Counted from the stretch's first letter, positions 37,765 to 49,247 are shown. The stretch is 64,000 bases of DNA from Trypanosoma brucei (GCA_000002445.1 CP000066.1:1312001-1376000), one strand, 5' to 3'. Notes: generated from the letters alone by a model not told the origin. Made by a program: numbers and translations.

Positions 37765-40380
37765 TCACCGCGGAAAGAACAGGTAGGAGAGCTTTTGTCC
37801 ACATCCCCACCGGCTCTGTAACCAGCCGCTCATCCTTATGCGCTCCACAGCTCGGTGCACGGCCAGTCGCGCATGAGGAAGCGGATTCAATCGGAAGAAT
37901 TCGTCGAACTCCTTAGCATATGCTTCACCCGTGAGTGAAGAGCCAACAGCTTCCACGATGGCCTGAATCCGAAACGTTCCGCTTCCCCACTGCTTCTCGA
38001 TTCCCTGGAAGTGCTTCTTGAACAGCGACCAGACATAGCCATTTGGAAGAGAGGGGCTTCCCGCCATCGCAGAAAATATCACACCACCATACTGTGACCG
38101 GATACCGTCGTTATAGATACAGCGCTTCGCAATACCCTCGACAAATTCGGCATCCTCGGCATAGCAGACGGCTCGCAGCAACGAGCGGCATAACTCTACG
38201 TTGTCATGAGCCTCCGCAAACCGATTCCACACAGTCTGCGCACGTGCCGAAGTTTCCCCGGGTCCTAAGCGTATATACGCTGCCAGGGACATGGTAAGCG
38301 TGTCGGCGGTATACGTTGACCCTCCCAGATAAGCATCTGCTTCCTTCAGTGCCCACTCAACTGCTGGCAGCGCGAGTGCCTCCTTTGCAGACAGGCAATG
38401 AAGTGCCGTGGAAATGCATGCGTTGATAAAGAAGGCACGCTGCAGGCGCTCCTCTGCCGTACACGGTTCTGTCGAAACAAGCTTCGTCGCCACAACCATA
38501 ATCTGGTACATTAGATTGTGTCGCAGCTCCCGCCGCACGTTGCCATCTTCCACGAATCCAAGGAAGTCATTCATATCGTGGTAGTACTCCTGCCACACTC
38601 CCGCATTCAACTCTCGCTCTGTGAGGACGCACCGGAGGATAGACAAACGCTCCACGTCATTATTTCCCATGTACACGGACGCCAGTGTGTCTGCAATCAA
38701 ACCACAACGGTCAGGGATGGTAAGAGACTTGTATGCCCCCAACAATGACGAGAAGCTTGCTTCATCGTATCTGCAACGAAAGAAGCCTCGCCTCCGCGGG
38801 TTTGCGTTAATCCAGGGCGACTGAGCGAGCTCTTTAGGGAGATCCACACGCTGTTCCCCGCTCCCCCGCAAGGCGACACGGTGGCTGGTCCCATTGGCGC
38901 CTTCCAACACCACAGGCACACACCATAGAGTACTCCTCCGCTCAGTCGCAGAGGCAAATTGACAAGGCTCTTGGCGCAGTATAACTACGCCAGACGATGG
39001 GCGGCTGACGTGGACAAGAGGGAAACCCATCTGTGTTGTGAAAGAATCCATCGCCTCCGTCAGTGGGACCCCAGAGGACTCTTCCAGTGCCTCCCACAGT
39101 TGTTTCGTCGTTGTTGCGCCATAGCGATGCTTTTTGATGTAATGGGCCACCGAAGATGCCCACTTCTCGCCTAGGAACGCCTCTAGCATGTGCACCAGAC
39201 CCATCCCCTTGTCGTAGCTAATCGCGTCGAATATCTGAGTAATCTCCGCGGGATCGCGGATGGGAACTTCCACAGGATGACTGTGCTCGTACATGTCACT
39301 TATCAGTGCGCTCGCCACACTTGCGTTGGCGTCCTCGTTGGCCCTCCATGCCGGCTGTAATTGGTGGGCAGCGTCATAGCCACACCACGAGGCAAATCCC
39401 TCCTTCAGCCATAGTCCTTCCCACCAGTTGACGGTCACCAGGTTGCCAAACCAGTTGTGCGACACCTCGTGGCAGATCAACTCCGCGGCACCCTTCAGTG
39501 CTGCAACACTGGACGTTTCTTCATCCACCAAAATGGCCTCCACGCAGGCAATGCAACCCCAGTTTTCCATCCCCCCGATTGGAAAGTCCGGTACGGCGAC
39601 GACATCTAACTTGGGTAGGGGGTACTTGCAATCAAAGAACTTCTCGAAGTACTCCAATGCAAAGGCGGTAGTGCGGAGTGCGAATGCTGCGCGCTGCAGC
39701 TTTCCAGGTACTGTGTAGACCCTTATCGGTATGCCACAGGTTGTGGTACCAATGTGTTCCAGTTCCCCCACGAAACACGCGGTGAGATATGGAGGCACTG
39801 CGGGCACCATCTCAAAATCATAGGTCACGACATTGGACTCCACCTTCTTCGCACGGAGCGGACCGTTCGACAGCACCGTGTAGTTTTCCATGTCGCACGG
39901 AAGGGACACACGGAGCTTGAAGTCTGCACGGGCTGCCGGCTCGTCCTGACAGATGTAAAAGCAGCGCGCTGCTGTCGGCTCAAAATGCGTAGCAGCCATG
40001 CGGTGCTCCGTGCCGTCACCAGTTTTGAAGCACACACGGTAAAAGCCCCTCATTTCCTCTCGAATTTCTTGCGTGTAGCTGAACGTCACCGTGTGCTCCT
40101 CCGCAGTTTCACCACTCAGCTGCAACTGCAAGGTGCTGGCCTCTTGGTTGTGCCCCACAATTGTCGCCCCACACACCTCGTGAATAGCCATCGTTGAGTT
40201 GTAATGCAACTGCAGCTCCTTTGATCCTTCCACATCAGCCGCCCTTCGCAGTACAATTGTTTCCTTCCCATCGTACTTCCAACCTGCGAGGTCTACGCTG
40301 ACGTGCAAGTCGTAGGACACAGGGACGAAGGGGTTGCGTAACTTCACCGTATTCGCGGCATCTGAGGGGAGAGTTGGCAT
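37765..40380 (-). CDS. M1-family zinc aminopeptidase, copy B (identical to copy A)
   Basis: 871-aa ORF identical to 27741..30356, with the same GAMEN and HExxH-E motifs. Confidence 0.9.
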   Translation of the reverse strand: MPTLPSDAANTVKLRNPFVPVSYDLHVSVDLAGWKYDGKETIVLRRAADVEGSKELQLHYNSTMAIHEVCGATIVGHNQEASTLQLQLSGETAEEHTVTFSYTQEIREEMRGFYRVCFKTGDGTEHRMAATHFEPTAARCFYICQDEPAARADFKLRVSLPCDMENYTVLSNGPLRAKKVESNVVTYDFEMVPAVPPYLTACFVGELEHIGTTTCGIPIRVYTVPGKLQRAAFALRTTAFALEYFEKFFDCKYPLPKLDVVAVPDFPIGGMENWGCIACVEAILVDEETSSVAALKGAAELICHEVSHNWFGNLVTVNWWEGLWLKEGFASWCGYDAAHQLQPAWRANEDANASVASALISDMYEHSHPVEVPIRDPAEITQIFDAISYDKGMGLVHMLEAFLGEKWASSVAHYIKKHRYGATTTKQLWEALEESSGVPLTEAMDSFTTQMGFPLVHVSRPSSGVVILRQEPCQFASATERRSTLWCVPVVLEGANGTSHRVALRGSGEQRVDLPKELAQSPWINANPRRRGFFRCRYDEASFSSLLGAYKSLTIPDRCGLIADTLASVYMGNNDVERLSILRCVLTERELNAGVWQEYYHDMNDFLGFVEDGNVRRELRHNLMYQIMVVATKLVSTEPCTAEERLQRAFFINACISTALHCLSAKEALALPAVEWALKEADAYLGGSTYTADTLTMSLAAYIRLGPGETSARAQTVWNRFAEAHDNVELCRSLLRAVCYAEDAEFVEGIAKRCIYNDGIRSQYGGVIFSAMAGSPSLPNGYVWSLFKKHFQGIEKQWGSGTFRIQAIVEAVGSSLTGEAYAKEFDEFFRLNPLPHARLAVHRAVERIRMSGWLQSRWGCGQKLSYLFFPR

Positions 40381-40638
40381 GTTAAACCCTTGATTGATAA
40401 CTTGTTAACTTGTCTGAAAAGTGAGAAAGCGCAAGGTTGCAATCAGTGAGGACAACACGCGGCAGGAGGGGGGAGGGTTCGAGTTGCGAAAGAGGTGTGA
40501 CAGGGCACAGAACGACCTCCTACAGCACGCAGTACAATCAAAGCGAAAAGGGATTTACACGGTGTAGAGCAATAGAGTTGAACTCGTTTTGGAGTGGTGT
40601 TGTTGAAGATTTGTAGCTGTTGTTAACAAAATGTGGGC

Positions 40639-42498
40639 CTACAAAGGCTTTTCGTTGTTTGTGTATTCGACTAGTTTTTCTGAAAGAAGCCTTATCTGGC
40701 TCTGAAATGCGTTACGCATTCTCTCTGTTTCGTCGTGTTGCTGTTGTTGAATAGCTTCTAATCGGTGTATTTTCTTTTGTGAGCTCTCTATAATCGAACA
40801 TTTATTTGCTAATTCAAGAAGTACGCAGTTCATTTGTGTGTGGTAGCATATGGCAGATAGATCCGTGGAGTAAAGTGCCTGCAAAACTTCGTTTTCATCT
40901 AATATTGTTGGGGTTGCTGTAACTATATTTTGTTGAATCTCTTCCCGTGGCTGTGCATACGACATGTTGGGCAACCCCATCCCTTTGTGCGTATGATTAT
41001 CTGAGACATATGCTGAGGCAGTATTGCAATTCTGTACCCTTTTTGCGAATGATTCAGTGAATTCAGCAATGTGTTGTAGGACCGTTCGCAAGGGGCTTGG
41101 AAGGATGCTACTTGTTAGTTCCCTCAGCAACTCTGCAAGCTTCCCCATTGCCTCTTGCAGATGGTCTGAAGCCCCACAGCCTTGCCACCAAAACCTTTCA
41201 AGTGCTATCATCCACTCAACTGAATCGTAGCTCTCTTGACTCATAACCGTGTGAGAGTCCGAACATATGAATCGGACCGAATTGACTACACCACGTACGG
41301 CGGCTAGGGCCTCCATGATAGAATGTGTCATCGTTTCCACTAGAGTAGGCTTGCCAGCATTCGCATTTCCATTTTGATTACCACCACCCATCATGAAACA
41401 GGCATCGACAAGAAGTCGAGCATGCTCTAACAAAAGTGTTAGCCACCGTTCAACGCTGGATAGAATTTGGTTTTGCGTGATCAATACCTCTGTCATTGTC
41501 TCGTCGGAGGGAGTGGGATTGGCCAACGCAACCTCCAACTTCTCAGCGTGCCCCAAGAGGGAGGTTTTCTGCTCAATGTGTACACCCAGTAGTGTAATAA
41601 GCCGATCCTTGTAGCAGCGTATGTTGCCGGACGTGGTCGACGCCAGGTGTGAGCCGAATGAATCGCGGAGGGAGGTGACAAGGACGGATATCGCCTCCAT
41701 CAGCGTTTTAAAGGAACTGATGACCGCCCTAACCGTGCCTCTCGCGAGGTTTCCACTAACTTCGTGCGGTAGGGTCGTTTGATACTCCTTTCTCAGCGAA
41801 GGCACAACGGTAAGGGAAGTCCCACTTTGGCGGTTACGGCACTGCACTGGCTGCCGCGACAGGGTGAAAAAGTGATGGCAAAAATTAACTAGCGCCTTCT
41901 GAGTGACATAATCCACATTGAGTTGCTCATGTGCCTGCTTCATTGCGTCCGCCAGGCTGCGCAGTTCCATGATCTCTGCTTGCAGCACCTGTAGTTCGGC
42001 CTTCTGTTGGCTGCATTGCGTTTCCCATTCCCGTTTGTGGGTTTCATAGTTTGACTGCAATTCAAAGAGCTGCTTGTGAACATTTTCATTCTCCAAGACG
42101 ATTTTCTCTTGATCCTCAGGGGACAAGTTAATTCCAGTTGACGCAGCACTGGTGGACGACACCTTCTTCGCGTTTAACAAGCCATCAGTTCCATCTGCGC
42201 CTGAGACGAGCGACGAGAGGCCCTTCCACGACGTTTTGCTGGTTGCAACAGCTTGTTTGAGCTTGCGTTCTGCTTCAAGTTCCACTGTCTTTAGTTTCCG
42301 TTGTAGATTTTTATTTTCCTCCTGCACCCGAGCGAGCTCTTCCCCGATGCTCGTCATCTGCTGCCGCAGCTGTTCGTTTTGTTGCTCCAAAACTTGCTTC
42401 TGTTTCGTCACCGTAACAACTGCCTTCTTGAGAAGCGATATTTTTGTTTCGGCATCACTGTTGGCCATCATGGCCGCAACTTCCTCCTTCGTAGACAT
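40639..42498 (-). CDS. Hypothetical coiled-coil protein
   Basis: 619-aa ORF. The N-terminal ~200 aa is strongly heptad-like with charged residues (LEQQNEQLRQQMTSIGEELARVQEENKNLQRKLKTVELEAERKLKQ). A second coiled-coil lies at the C-terminus (HRLEAIQQQQHDETERMRNAFQSQIRLLSEKL). A degenerate paralogous remnant lies in the spacer 30640..32390. Confidence 0.6.
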   Translation of the reverse strand: MSTKEEVAAMMANSDAETKISLLKKAVVTVTKQKQVLEQQNEQLRQQMTSIGEELARVQEENKNLQRKLKTVELEAERKLKQAVATSKTSWKGLSSLVSGADGTDGLLNAKKVSSTSAASTGINLSPEDQEKIVLENENVHKQLFELQSNYETHKREWETQCSQQKAELQVLQAEIMELRSLADAMKQAHEQLNVDYVTQKALVNFCHHFFTLSRQPVQCRNRQSGTSLTVVPSLRKEYQTTLPHEVSGNLARGTVRAVISSFKTLMEAISVLVTSLRDSFGSHLASTTSGNIRCYKDRLITLLGVHIEQKTSLLGHAEKLEVALANPTPSDETMTEVLITQNQILSSVERWLTLLLEHARLLVDACFMMGGGNQNGNANAGKPTLVETMTHSIMEALAAVRGVVNSVRFICSDSHTVMSQESYDSVEWMIALERFWWQGCGASDHLQEAMGKLAELLRELTSSILPSPLRTVLQHIAEFTESFAKRVQNCNTASAYVSDNHTHKGMGLPNMSYAQPREEIQQNIVTATPTILDENEVLQALYSTDLSAICYHTQMNCVLLELANKCSIIESSQKKIHRLEAIQQQQHDETERMRNAFQSQIRLLSEKLVEYTNNEKPL

Positions 42499-42949
42499 CC
42501 TATCGAAGGAAGTTAATTTGATAATGCAAGGTGCACGAACAAAGCAAGGATAAACAAAGAAAATACAAGACAGACCTTAACAATATACTTACCTCCGTAA
42601 AATAAAGAGAAGAAAAAGTGAAGATATGAAAATATGGGAATGGGAGAAACGCAAGCAAAACCTCAAGAAAAATTGTGAACGTGCATGGGTAGGGGGCAGG
42701 CATACGTCGCTAAAGATGGACGCGTGCCGGAGCGATGAAAACGGAGGCAACAACGACAAGGATGATACAACCCACGCTTAAAACTACGTGGAGGCGTGAC
42801 AAACATGCCTACCAACCCCGGTTATACACCAGCTTCCACCTTCTCTCCGCAGTAAGGTCACAAAAGCGCCGTCCTTTACTTTGCTTCGGTGATGTGTTTT
42901 CAAGACTGTCGCACCCGATAGGTGAAAGCGGTGCGTGCAGATATGTAAG

Positions 42950-43801
42950 TCAAACCAACCTCACGCGTCCCTCCAAGATATACGGCCTGAATGTGCGGTA
43001 AGGGACGATAAAAACCTCACCGGCATGAACCGTCTGCTCGGCGTCGTCGCCAAGCCTCACTACCCCTAAATCATCCAGCACGACGCAAAATACGTAGTGG
43101 TCAATATCTGGAATTGGCAGCACCTCGTTACCCTCGGCGTATGGTGCGTTGGGCACCAACTGCTGTAGCTCAGAGGGTGCCGACTGCAGCCCCGCTTGTC
43201 TCACACATTTGCTTATCAATTCAGCAAGCCGGTCAGCCACAACGATCTCGTTATGCGAAAGGTGCTCCCGCAACTGTGTGTGTGCTTCAGCACCGGATTG
43301 AGACTCGTAATTAATTGTAAGGGCAAGGGCCTCAATCTTCCGTAATCGACACCGCAGCAATTCACACAGAAAGAATTGTGCACGCTGCACCTCTAGCGCC
43401 ATGATGTCCGAAGGTTTAAAAGGAAGAAGGGAAACGCCAGAGTCGCTTCCGGCTGCCTTTTGTCTTTCGTCCGTGCCGAGTAACCTAATTTGCTCGTTTT
43501 GAGCGACAATCTGCGCCACAACACTATCAACGATGGCCTCGGGATAGGGTAGAATATCCGGAGCACACCGCTCATTTTCCGTCGCTTGTATGAGAGACTT
43601 GAGGAGATGGCCCGGGGCGGCATGAGACGGGAACGGAAAGGTTTCGTCGTTAGCTGCCCCGGCAGCCACCAAATCCGCGCCTCCAACAGTATTGCTAGTC
43701 GAGAGGCGAGGGCTGCCTTCCCTGCTGAGAGCCTCGTCGAGTTGATCCTCAAAAAACATACGTCTCCTAGAAATTGGAGGTACAAAATGGGAAAATGACA
43801 T
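42950..43801 (-). CDS. SLD5: GINS complex subunit Sld5 (GINS4)
   Basis: 283-aa ORF. RAQFFLCELLRCRLRKIEALA matches the Sld5 signature (R.RF.L..YLR.RL.KIEK). The C-terminal beta-domain ends GEVFIVPYRTFRPYILEGRVRLV (human SLD5 ends ...IIRYKTIAPLVASGAVQLI). Confidence 0.65.
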   Translation of the reverse strand: MSFSHFVPPISRRRMFFEDQLDEALSREGSPRLSTSNTVGGADLVAAGAANDETFPFPSHAAPGHLLKSLIQATENERCAPDILPYPEAIVDSVVAQIVAQNEQIRLLGTDERQKAAGSDSGVSLLPFKPSDIMALEVQRAQFFLCELLRCRLRKIEALALTINYESQSGAEAHTQLREHLSHNEIVVADRLAELISKCVRQAGLQSAPSELQQLVPNAPYAEGNEVLPIPDIDHYVFCVVLDDLGVVRLGDDAEQTVHAGEVFIVPYRTFRPYILEGRVRLV

Positions 43802-45382
43802 TCTTGAAAATAAATCACCAATTAACGATAACCTACACTAAGTGAGCACCGCCAGCTGATGCACACAACTCTTTGTGCAAGGTTCGGTGGATGCACAACG
43901 GGAGGATGACCCATCCCGGTGTTTTTATGCTTAACAACTGCCTGCCGCCCCGCCCCCGAAAAGACAGCACATCTCCCACTAAATTACCAACTCCAAAACA
44001 TTCTTGTCCACTGGAAAAAAAAAAAGAATGCAAATCGTACTGGCTGATTGACATAAAATTCCATAAGGTAGAAAGGAGTGCAAAAGATGGCCGCACAGTA
44101 TCTGCACGCGCGTACGCGAGCAAAAGTGTGACCCCGCACCGTCAGCCAATACGATCAAATGATTGCTCCAACACCACATCGCTTGCGCCCCACACTGGGA
44201 TTCTGAACCCCTACAAAAAAAGGGGGGGACGTCCACATAATTCGGTGCTGGCTGAGCCGGCACCGTTCTTTTTCTATTTTTTTCGTCTACACTCGCTGGA
44301 TGTTTACTTCCCCCCCTCTCCATCCCTCCCTCCCTCGAAAGGCCTCATAAGGGATTGCATATGATCTCACACCGCTTCCGTGGACCGGGTAAGGAGTATG
44401 GTATGGGAGCACAAATTCAATACTTTTCCTTGCAGTCTCACACTACTGCTAGAAGATAAATCAATAATTTGTGTTTGAGGAGTCATGTCAACAATGAAAT
44501 CGATGCATCCATGAACTTGAGGGAATATAAGGGAGAAAATAAGGGGGAGAAGAAAAAACACTAACAAACACGATCGCTTCGATCTGTGCGTGGTTAGAGA
44601 CATGGACACGACCGGAGTAAAAAAAAAAAAGCAACGTAAACACGACTCAAAATGTCTGCTTAGACGAGTACCTGATTACACAAACTGGTGAGTGCACGCC
44701 CTCTCTCCACATTCCTAGCTTCTAACCATCCTGCGTAACCGGTTGCTTTACCATCACCTCAATGTGATAAATAGTCCGTCGTGGCGGCCCCGCTTTCCCC
44801 TTGGGTTCATACAAAGAAGCAAACAAACAGCGGCATGTGCAGGGGAACATGTGCAACACGAAGCGCCCAGCGAAACTAAATTACAAAGAGCGGTACCGAC
44901 CTGCGGTTTCGGCGAGATAACCCCCACTCTTTAGCTGTGGCGTACGCTTCTGTACGAAAGGCGACGCAGTCATAACGATACTGTAGGATTAAGCGAACAA
45001 TGAATAAGAGCACACAAGATCTACTCGAAGAATAGAGTTCCCAACAAATAAAAATTAAAAAAAGAGGAACAGCCCTTCAACCGGAGTTTTGCTTTGCCCT
45101 CTCCCCACCTCCTCGACCCCAACAATTTCCTTTAATCTGTTTTCATCGCTTTCTTTTTTGTTTTCATTTTTACTTTGTAGATATAACGGTGAAGCTACTC
45201 TACCATTCAGACCACCAGTTGACTCTACCCAGCTTTCAGCAGCAGACGAAATCTTATAGCAGTGCAGCAGCGCTTTCATTTCTGACGCCCACCATGTTTT
45301 GTTTCGTGCCAACCATGTTGTTTCACTACCCTTCTGCGGGAGTTGAAACAGACCGCGGCAGGATGATGGTTGGCGTTATTTA

Positions 45383-46348
45383 TTAGGTAGCTTTTTCCGT
45401 GGAGGCATTCCTCGCCTGCTGCCGAAGCAACAAAATCCTGTTCACATGCTTCTGCATAACCTCACGCAGCCCCTGAGAGATATCCTCCGCTGTTGAATCC
45501 TCGTTGTACTTGTACTCGCCGAAACATACGTACACGTCCGCGGGGAATCCCGGGATTTCATTCATCGCAGGTGGCCAAACTTCATGGCAGCCGTTGTGCA
45601 CCATATAATAAAGTCGTGACCGGTGCTTCGTTATCATTGCGAACGTACCGAGGCGGAAGTCCTTTAGTGTCTCTGGTGTTCGGTTTAGGGCACCCTCTGG
45701 AAATACGCAAAGGTTTCCCCCTGCGTTTACGAACTCGTCAGCCTCTTCTGCTACCAACGCCTGCTTCTCCTTGTCCACAGCGAAGCTGCCCCCGGTTGAG
45801 GTAAAGTAAACGGGCAGGTGTCCACACGTATCGATAACTTTGCCCATGAACGGCAAACTCCACAGCGACCTTTTTGCAAACGCTTTCACATTCCTCATAT
45901 AGCTCAAAGGGATGAGCTGTGTAAACAGAATTGTATCGAAGAAGGATGTGTGGCAAGAGCACATCACACCACTGTGGTGAATGCCGTGAGGATCGAGGGA
46001 ACCTTCCATGATCTTGATGTGGATGTGAGGCGAAAGAAACCACAGCACTTTCCCCATAAGGAGACAAGAAAGCCAACAAGCTATGTTTGCGCCTTGTTGC
46101 CTGCTTACCCACTTATTGTAGCGCGCAATACGAATGGGTAGGCACAGAAGGTAGAGTACTATCACTACAGTTACGAGACAAGACACGAACCACAACCGCA
46201 TGACTATCACCGGACAGCGCCGCTCGCGCAGGAGGTACCAGAACCCCATAAAAAGAGCTGCAGCTAAAAGTAGCCCCAGTATCGTCACGACGATCGCCAT
46301 ATTTGAAGAAATGAAAAAGAAAGTACAGCCACCAGGCAACTTAGTCAC
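45383..46348 (-). CDS. PlsC-family acyltransferase (1-acylglycerol-3-phosphate O-acyltransferase-like)
   Basis: 321-aa ORF. N-terminal transmembrane helices. HTSFFD is the H-x4-D acyltransferase motif I. FPEGAL is motif III (FPEGTR-like). The start may be the internal Met at 46300 (MAIVVTILG). Confidence 0.65.
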   Translation of the reverse strand: MTKLPGGCTFFFISSNMAIVVTILGLLLAAALFMGFWYLLRERRCPVIVMRLWFVSCLVTVVIVLYLLCLPIRIARYNKWVSRQQGANIACWLSCLLMGKVLWFLSPHIHIKIMEGSLDPHGIHHSGVMCSCHTSFFDTILFTQLIPLSYMRNVKAFAKRSLWSLPFMGKVIDTCGHLPVYFTSTGGSFAVDKEKQALVAEEADEFVNAGGNLCVFPEGALNRTPETLKDFRLGTFAMITKHRSRLYYMVHNGCHEVWPPAMNEIPGFPADVYVCFGEYKYNEDSTAEDISQGLREVMQKHVNRILLLRQQARNASTEKAT

Positions 46349-46854
46349 AAAAGAACCAACCAGTCAAACTATATAATGTAGCTTTTTTCTTGAAAAATGG
46401 GGAAGAGAAAAGAACGTGAGCCAGAGATGGGTAAGAGCAGTAGGTCCCCCTTTCCAACAGTACATGTAAATATTTCCGTACAAGCATGTACGGGATGTGG
46501 AAACACAAAAAAAATTCGAACAATATTAGTGGGTATAAGAATCCAGCGACAAATAAACGTAACAAAACATATGAAGGTCAGTAGCATAAAGGGGGGGGGG
46601 AAGGAAAAAAGGAGCGGAACAGGTCCCGTGCGCAATAACAGTCCCAAACAAATCGACCCCCGCCACGCCAGCTACTTTTCTTTCGCTTTCATCTTTTTTT
46701 CTTCCACTTTCCCCACCTTTCTCAATACACGGGATCTCACAGGTAGATACGTAAATACATATATTTGTGTGTATGAGAATATGCGGAGAAGGAGATCAGT
46801 AGTGTTAGCTCTGAAGAGAAAATACAATACGAAAGGAAAAAAAAAGGAGAGATT

Positions 46855-46880
46855 GGGGGGGGGGGGGGCGGGGGGTGGGA
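46855..46880. repeat. G-homopolymer / G-rich tract (G16 C G6 T G3)
   Basis: ggggggggggggggggcggggggtggg in the intergenic region. Potential G-quadruplex former. Similar G-runs occur at 9452-9475 and 46589-46600. A C14 run lies at 58775-58790. Confidence 0.8.
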
Positions 46881-48572
46881 GCTATGTTGCGCAGAATCAC
46901 TTTCTTTTTTTTTTTTGCCGCCGGAACCCTGTTTGGTGCTACCAAATTATGAAAGAGATAAACAGACAAACTACAAATCATTAGTGGGAATGGGTGGGGG
47001 AAACAAAGAAAAGAAATTGAGAAATCCGCTGGGGTTATATGAGGAGAACGCCCTTCCTTGTTCTCCCGCACACACATACACAGGCACGCACGTGTATGGA
47101 TACAAACAAGCATATAAATATGAAAGTATATCTACGCCTATTTTCCTTTCCATTGACAATATTATTATTATTATGCTGTGATATACTTACAACAGCATAC
47201 GTGCAAGTGTAAGCTGATTTGGGTCCGGTGTTACATTAATATATATATGAGCTTGTTTGTATCCGTGTACGTGTGTGTACTTCTCTCTCCCCTCTTAGTC
47301 TTTAGTTTTGACTTCTGTTTCACTTTGTTTTAACCAAAGGCAGAACGGAGATGAATATCATAATAAATGACGACTACTTGTTGGCGTGCGCACGCAAGTT
47401 GCAAAGAAGTTGTGGATCCTTCACTTTTCTTTTGTCTCACCCGTTCCTATTCCCTCATTTCATCCCCGTATTTATGAATATACATAAATGTATTTCTCAT
47501 TATAATTATCATTTATTAAGCAATATTAAGCATGAAAGAGAAAAGGAAGGAAAACAAGGGACACCTGGACCTTTGTGTTTTCCTCCCTTCTTTCGCTGCA
47601 CCTATATACCACCGTGTCATTGACAAGGCCTTCCCGACGCCGCGCTACACACTCCCTTCGCATATCGTCTCTACTTCTCATTTTCATATTTCATTTCATC
47701 GCGATTGCGTGGACAATTATCGTTTCGGCCTGAGCTTAATTGCTTTTGGCCCCTCGCATTTATTGCATTTGGCGTTTGTTTTCCCTTTCCTGTTTCATTA
47801 TTCATCTCTTCTTTTGTATCTCCGGCGGTAGTATCGTCGTCACTCTCCCTCCTTCCATTTCTCTCACTTTTCGCTTTAACAACAATCATAACAATAACAG
47901 TAATGATAGCTAAATGGAGGGAACTGCCAACAGCAGTGCAAACGAACAGACAAGTAACACTGTTTAGGAATCGGCAGAATGAAATGCACTACCTCTACCA
48001 ACCGTTGCCAAAGCAACGAAAGGGTAAATACTTCCTCTTCTAGTTTTGGTTCATTTCGTTTCGCTTCTTTTGTCCTGTTTTCTTTTCTTTTTTCGTCGTT
48101 GCTGACGGTTATTATATTAAACAAAATCAATAAATGAAATGAAGCAAGGTGCCTGTTCACGAACAATGTCCGTGTGCGTGTGTGTGGGGAGGGGGAGGAG
48201 TAAAAATACGTAAACGCGCGCGACCTTTTTTCCTTTTGAATACACTCGATGGTGTGCGCGTGGAGGGGGAATATCAGACAAAACAAAACCATATGTCATA
48301 GAGGCTACAGAAAAAAAAAAAGAGTGGCCACATTACTTGACATTGTCAAGTAACCCCCCCAAAAAATGGCGGAAGGCTTACGAAAGGCAAGCCTTTATCA
48401 CAATAGTAACAGTTTCGTGTAAAGGGGAGGGTGGAAAAGCAAAAAAACAAAAACAAACTTAAAGGAAGAGAGAGGGGGAGAGGTCTCATTCTTTCCCCCT
48501 CGCCCTCCGTTGCTCCTGGGTAATTAAAATATATCGTTGGGTAGCTCCCTCATCGTGGAGGTAGCGGCTGAC

Positions 48573-49247
48573 TCAGCACGCCGAAGCCATCCCGACCATA
48601 GCGGTTTTGGTAGTAAAACATGAATTAGAGGTTGCCGAGGACAAAAGATGCCGGGGAATATGGCAGGGTCGGGGCCGCGTCTGTGCAAGGGGTGGAATAG
48701 CCGTGTCACCCACCACGTCCTTTTCGTGGCTGGAACCAAGAATGCAGCTGAAGTTGCGAACACTCACTACGCGATCACCCTTGGAAATCACATTCCCACT
48801 GGGAGCGCACTGTCCCGTGGAGTACGAGCAATGCTCTCCCCGCAGGAAGGCTGAGAATTCTCTCGACACTGCCCCAAAGTTGTCCCCGGTAGGAACAACA
48901 CCGTAGACAGGTTGCACCGGTGGGGTGGTAAACTCCCTGGCCATCACAGTCTCGGGGAAGGAGGTATCAAACGTCCCCTGCGTTGGACTTACCAACATTA
49001 CGCACTGAGGGAAGGTGGCGCTCAGGGGAGTTATCAGTTCTGAGGTTGAGCCAATATGGGCACTGGGCAGGAGCGCCACAGCAGCCGGGGCTGCTGCTGG
49101 TGGCCACACAGCCATTTGCTGCTGCAGTAACGCAAATGGCGCAGCCTGAGCCGTGGGCATTGCCGCGACCAGTGGTTGTGGGTTGCCGTAGATCGGGCTG
49201 CTGTACTCCCAGCGTGGTATGTCTGAAAATACACCGGGAATCTCCAT
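48573..49247 (-). CDS. Hypothetical protein (track ORF 48573..49529 trimmed to first Met after the upstream pyrimidine tract)
   Basis: The track ORF starts inside a minus-strand polypyrimidine tract (plus-strand 49440..49530 is purine-rich, MYFLIFLYFLFVYLYF), a typical splice-acceptor tract. The next in-frame Met is MEIPGVFSDIPRWEYSSPIYG at 49247. No family recognised by eye. Confidence 0.4.
   Translation of the reverse strand: MEIPGVFSDIPRWEYSSPIYGNPQPLVAAMPTAQAAPFALLQQQMAVWPPAAAPAAVALLPSAHIGSTSELITPLSATFPQCVMLVSPTQGTFDTSFPETVMAREFTTPPVQPVYGVVPTGDNFGAVSREFSAFLRGEHCSYSTGQCAPSGNVISKGDRVVSVRNFSCILGSSHEKDVVGDTAIPPLAQTRPRPCHIPRHLLSSATSNSCFTTKTAMVGMASAC

Larger units (their letters stand above)
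32390..40599. repeat. Segmental duplication, copy 2 (8,210 bp)
   Basis: See copy 1. All derived ORFs other than DLP are 100% identical in translation. Confidence 0.9.

Noticed and set aside
43802-45382. Possible small gene in the 1.6-kb gap between Sld5 and the acyltransferase (ORFs 43833..44123(-), 43979..44323(-), 43873..44364(+))
   Set aside because: All are under 165 aa, mutually overlapping, with no recognisable motifs. The gap is better explained as 3'UTR plus intergenic region.
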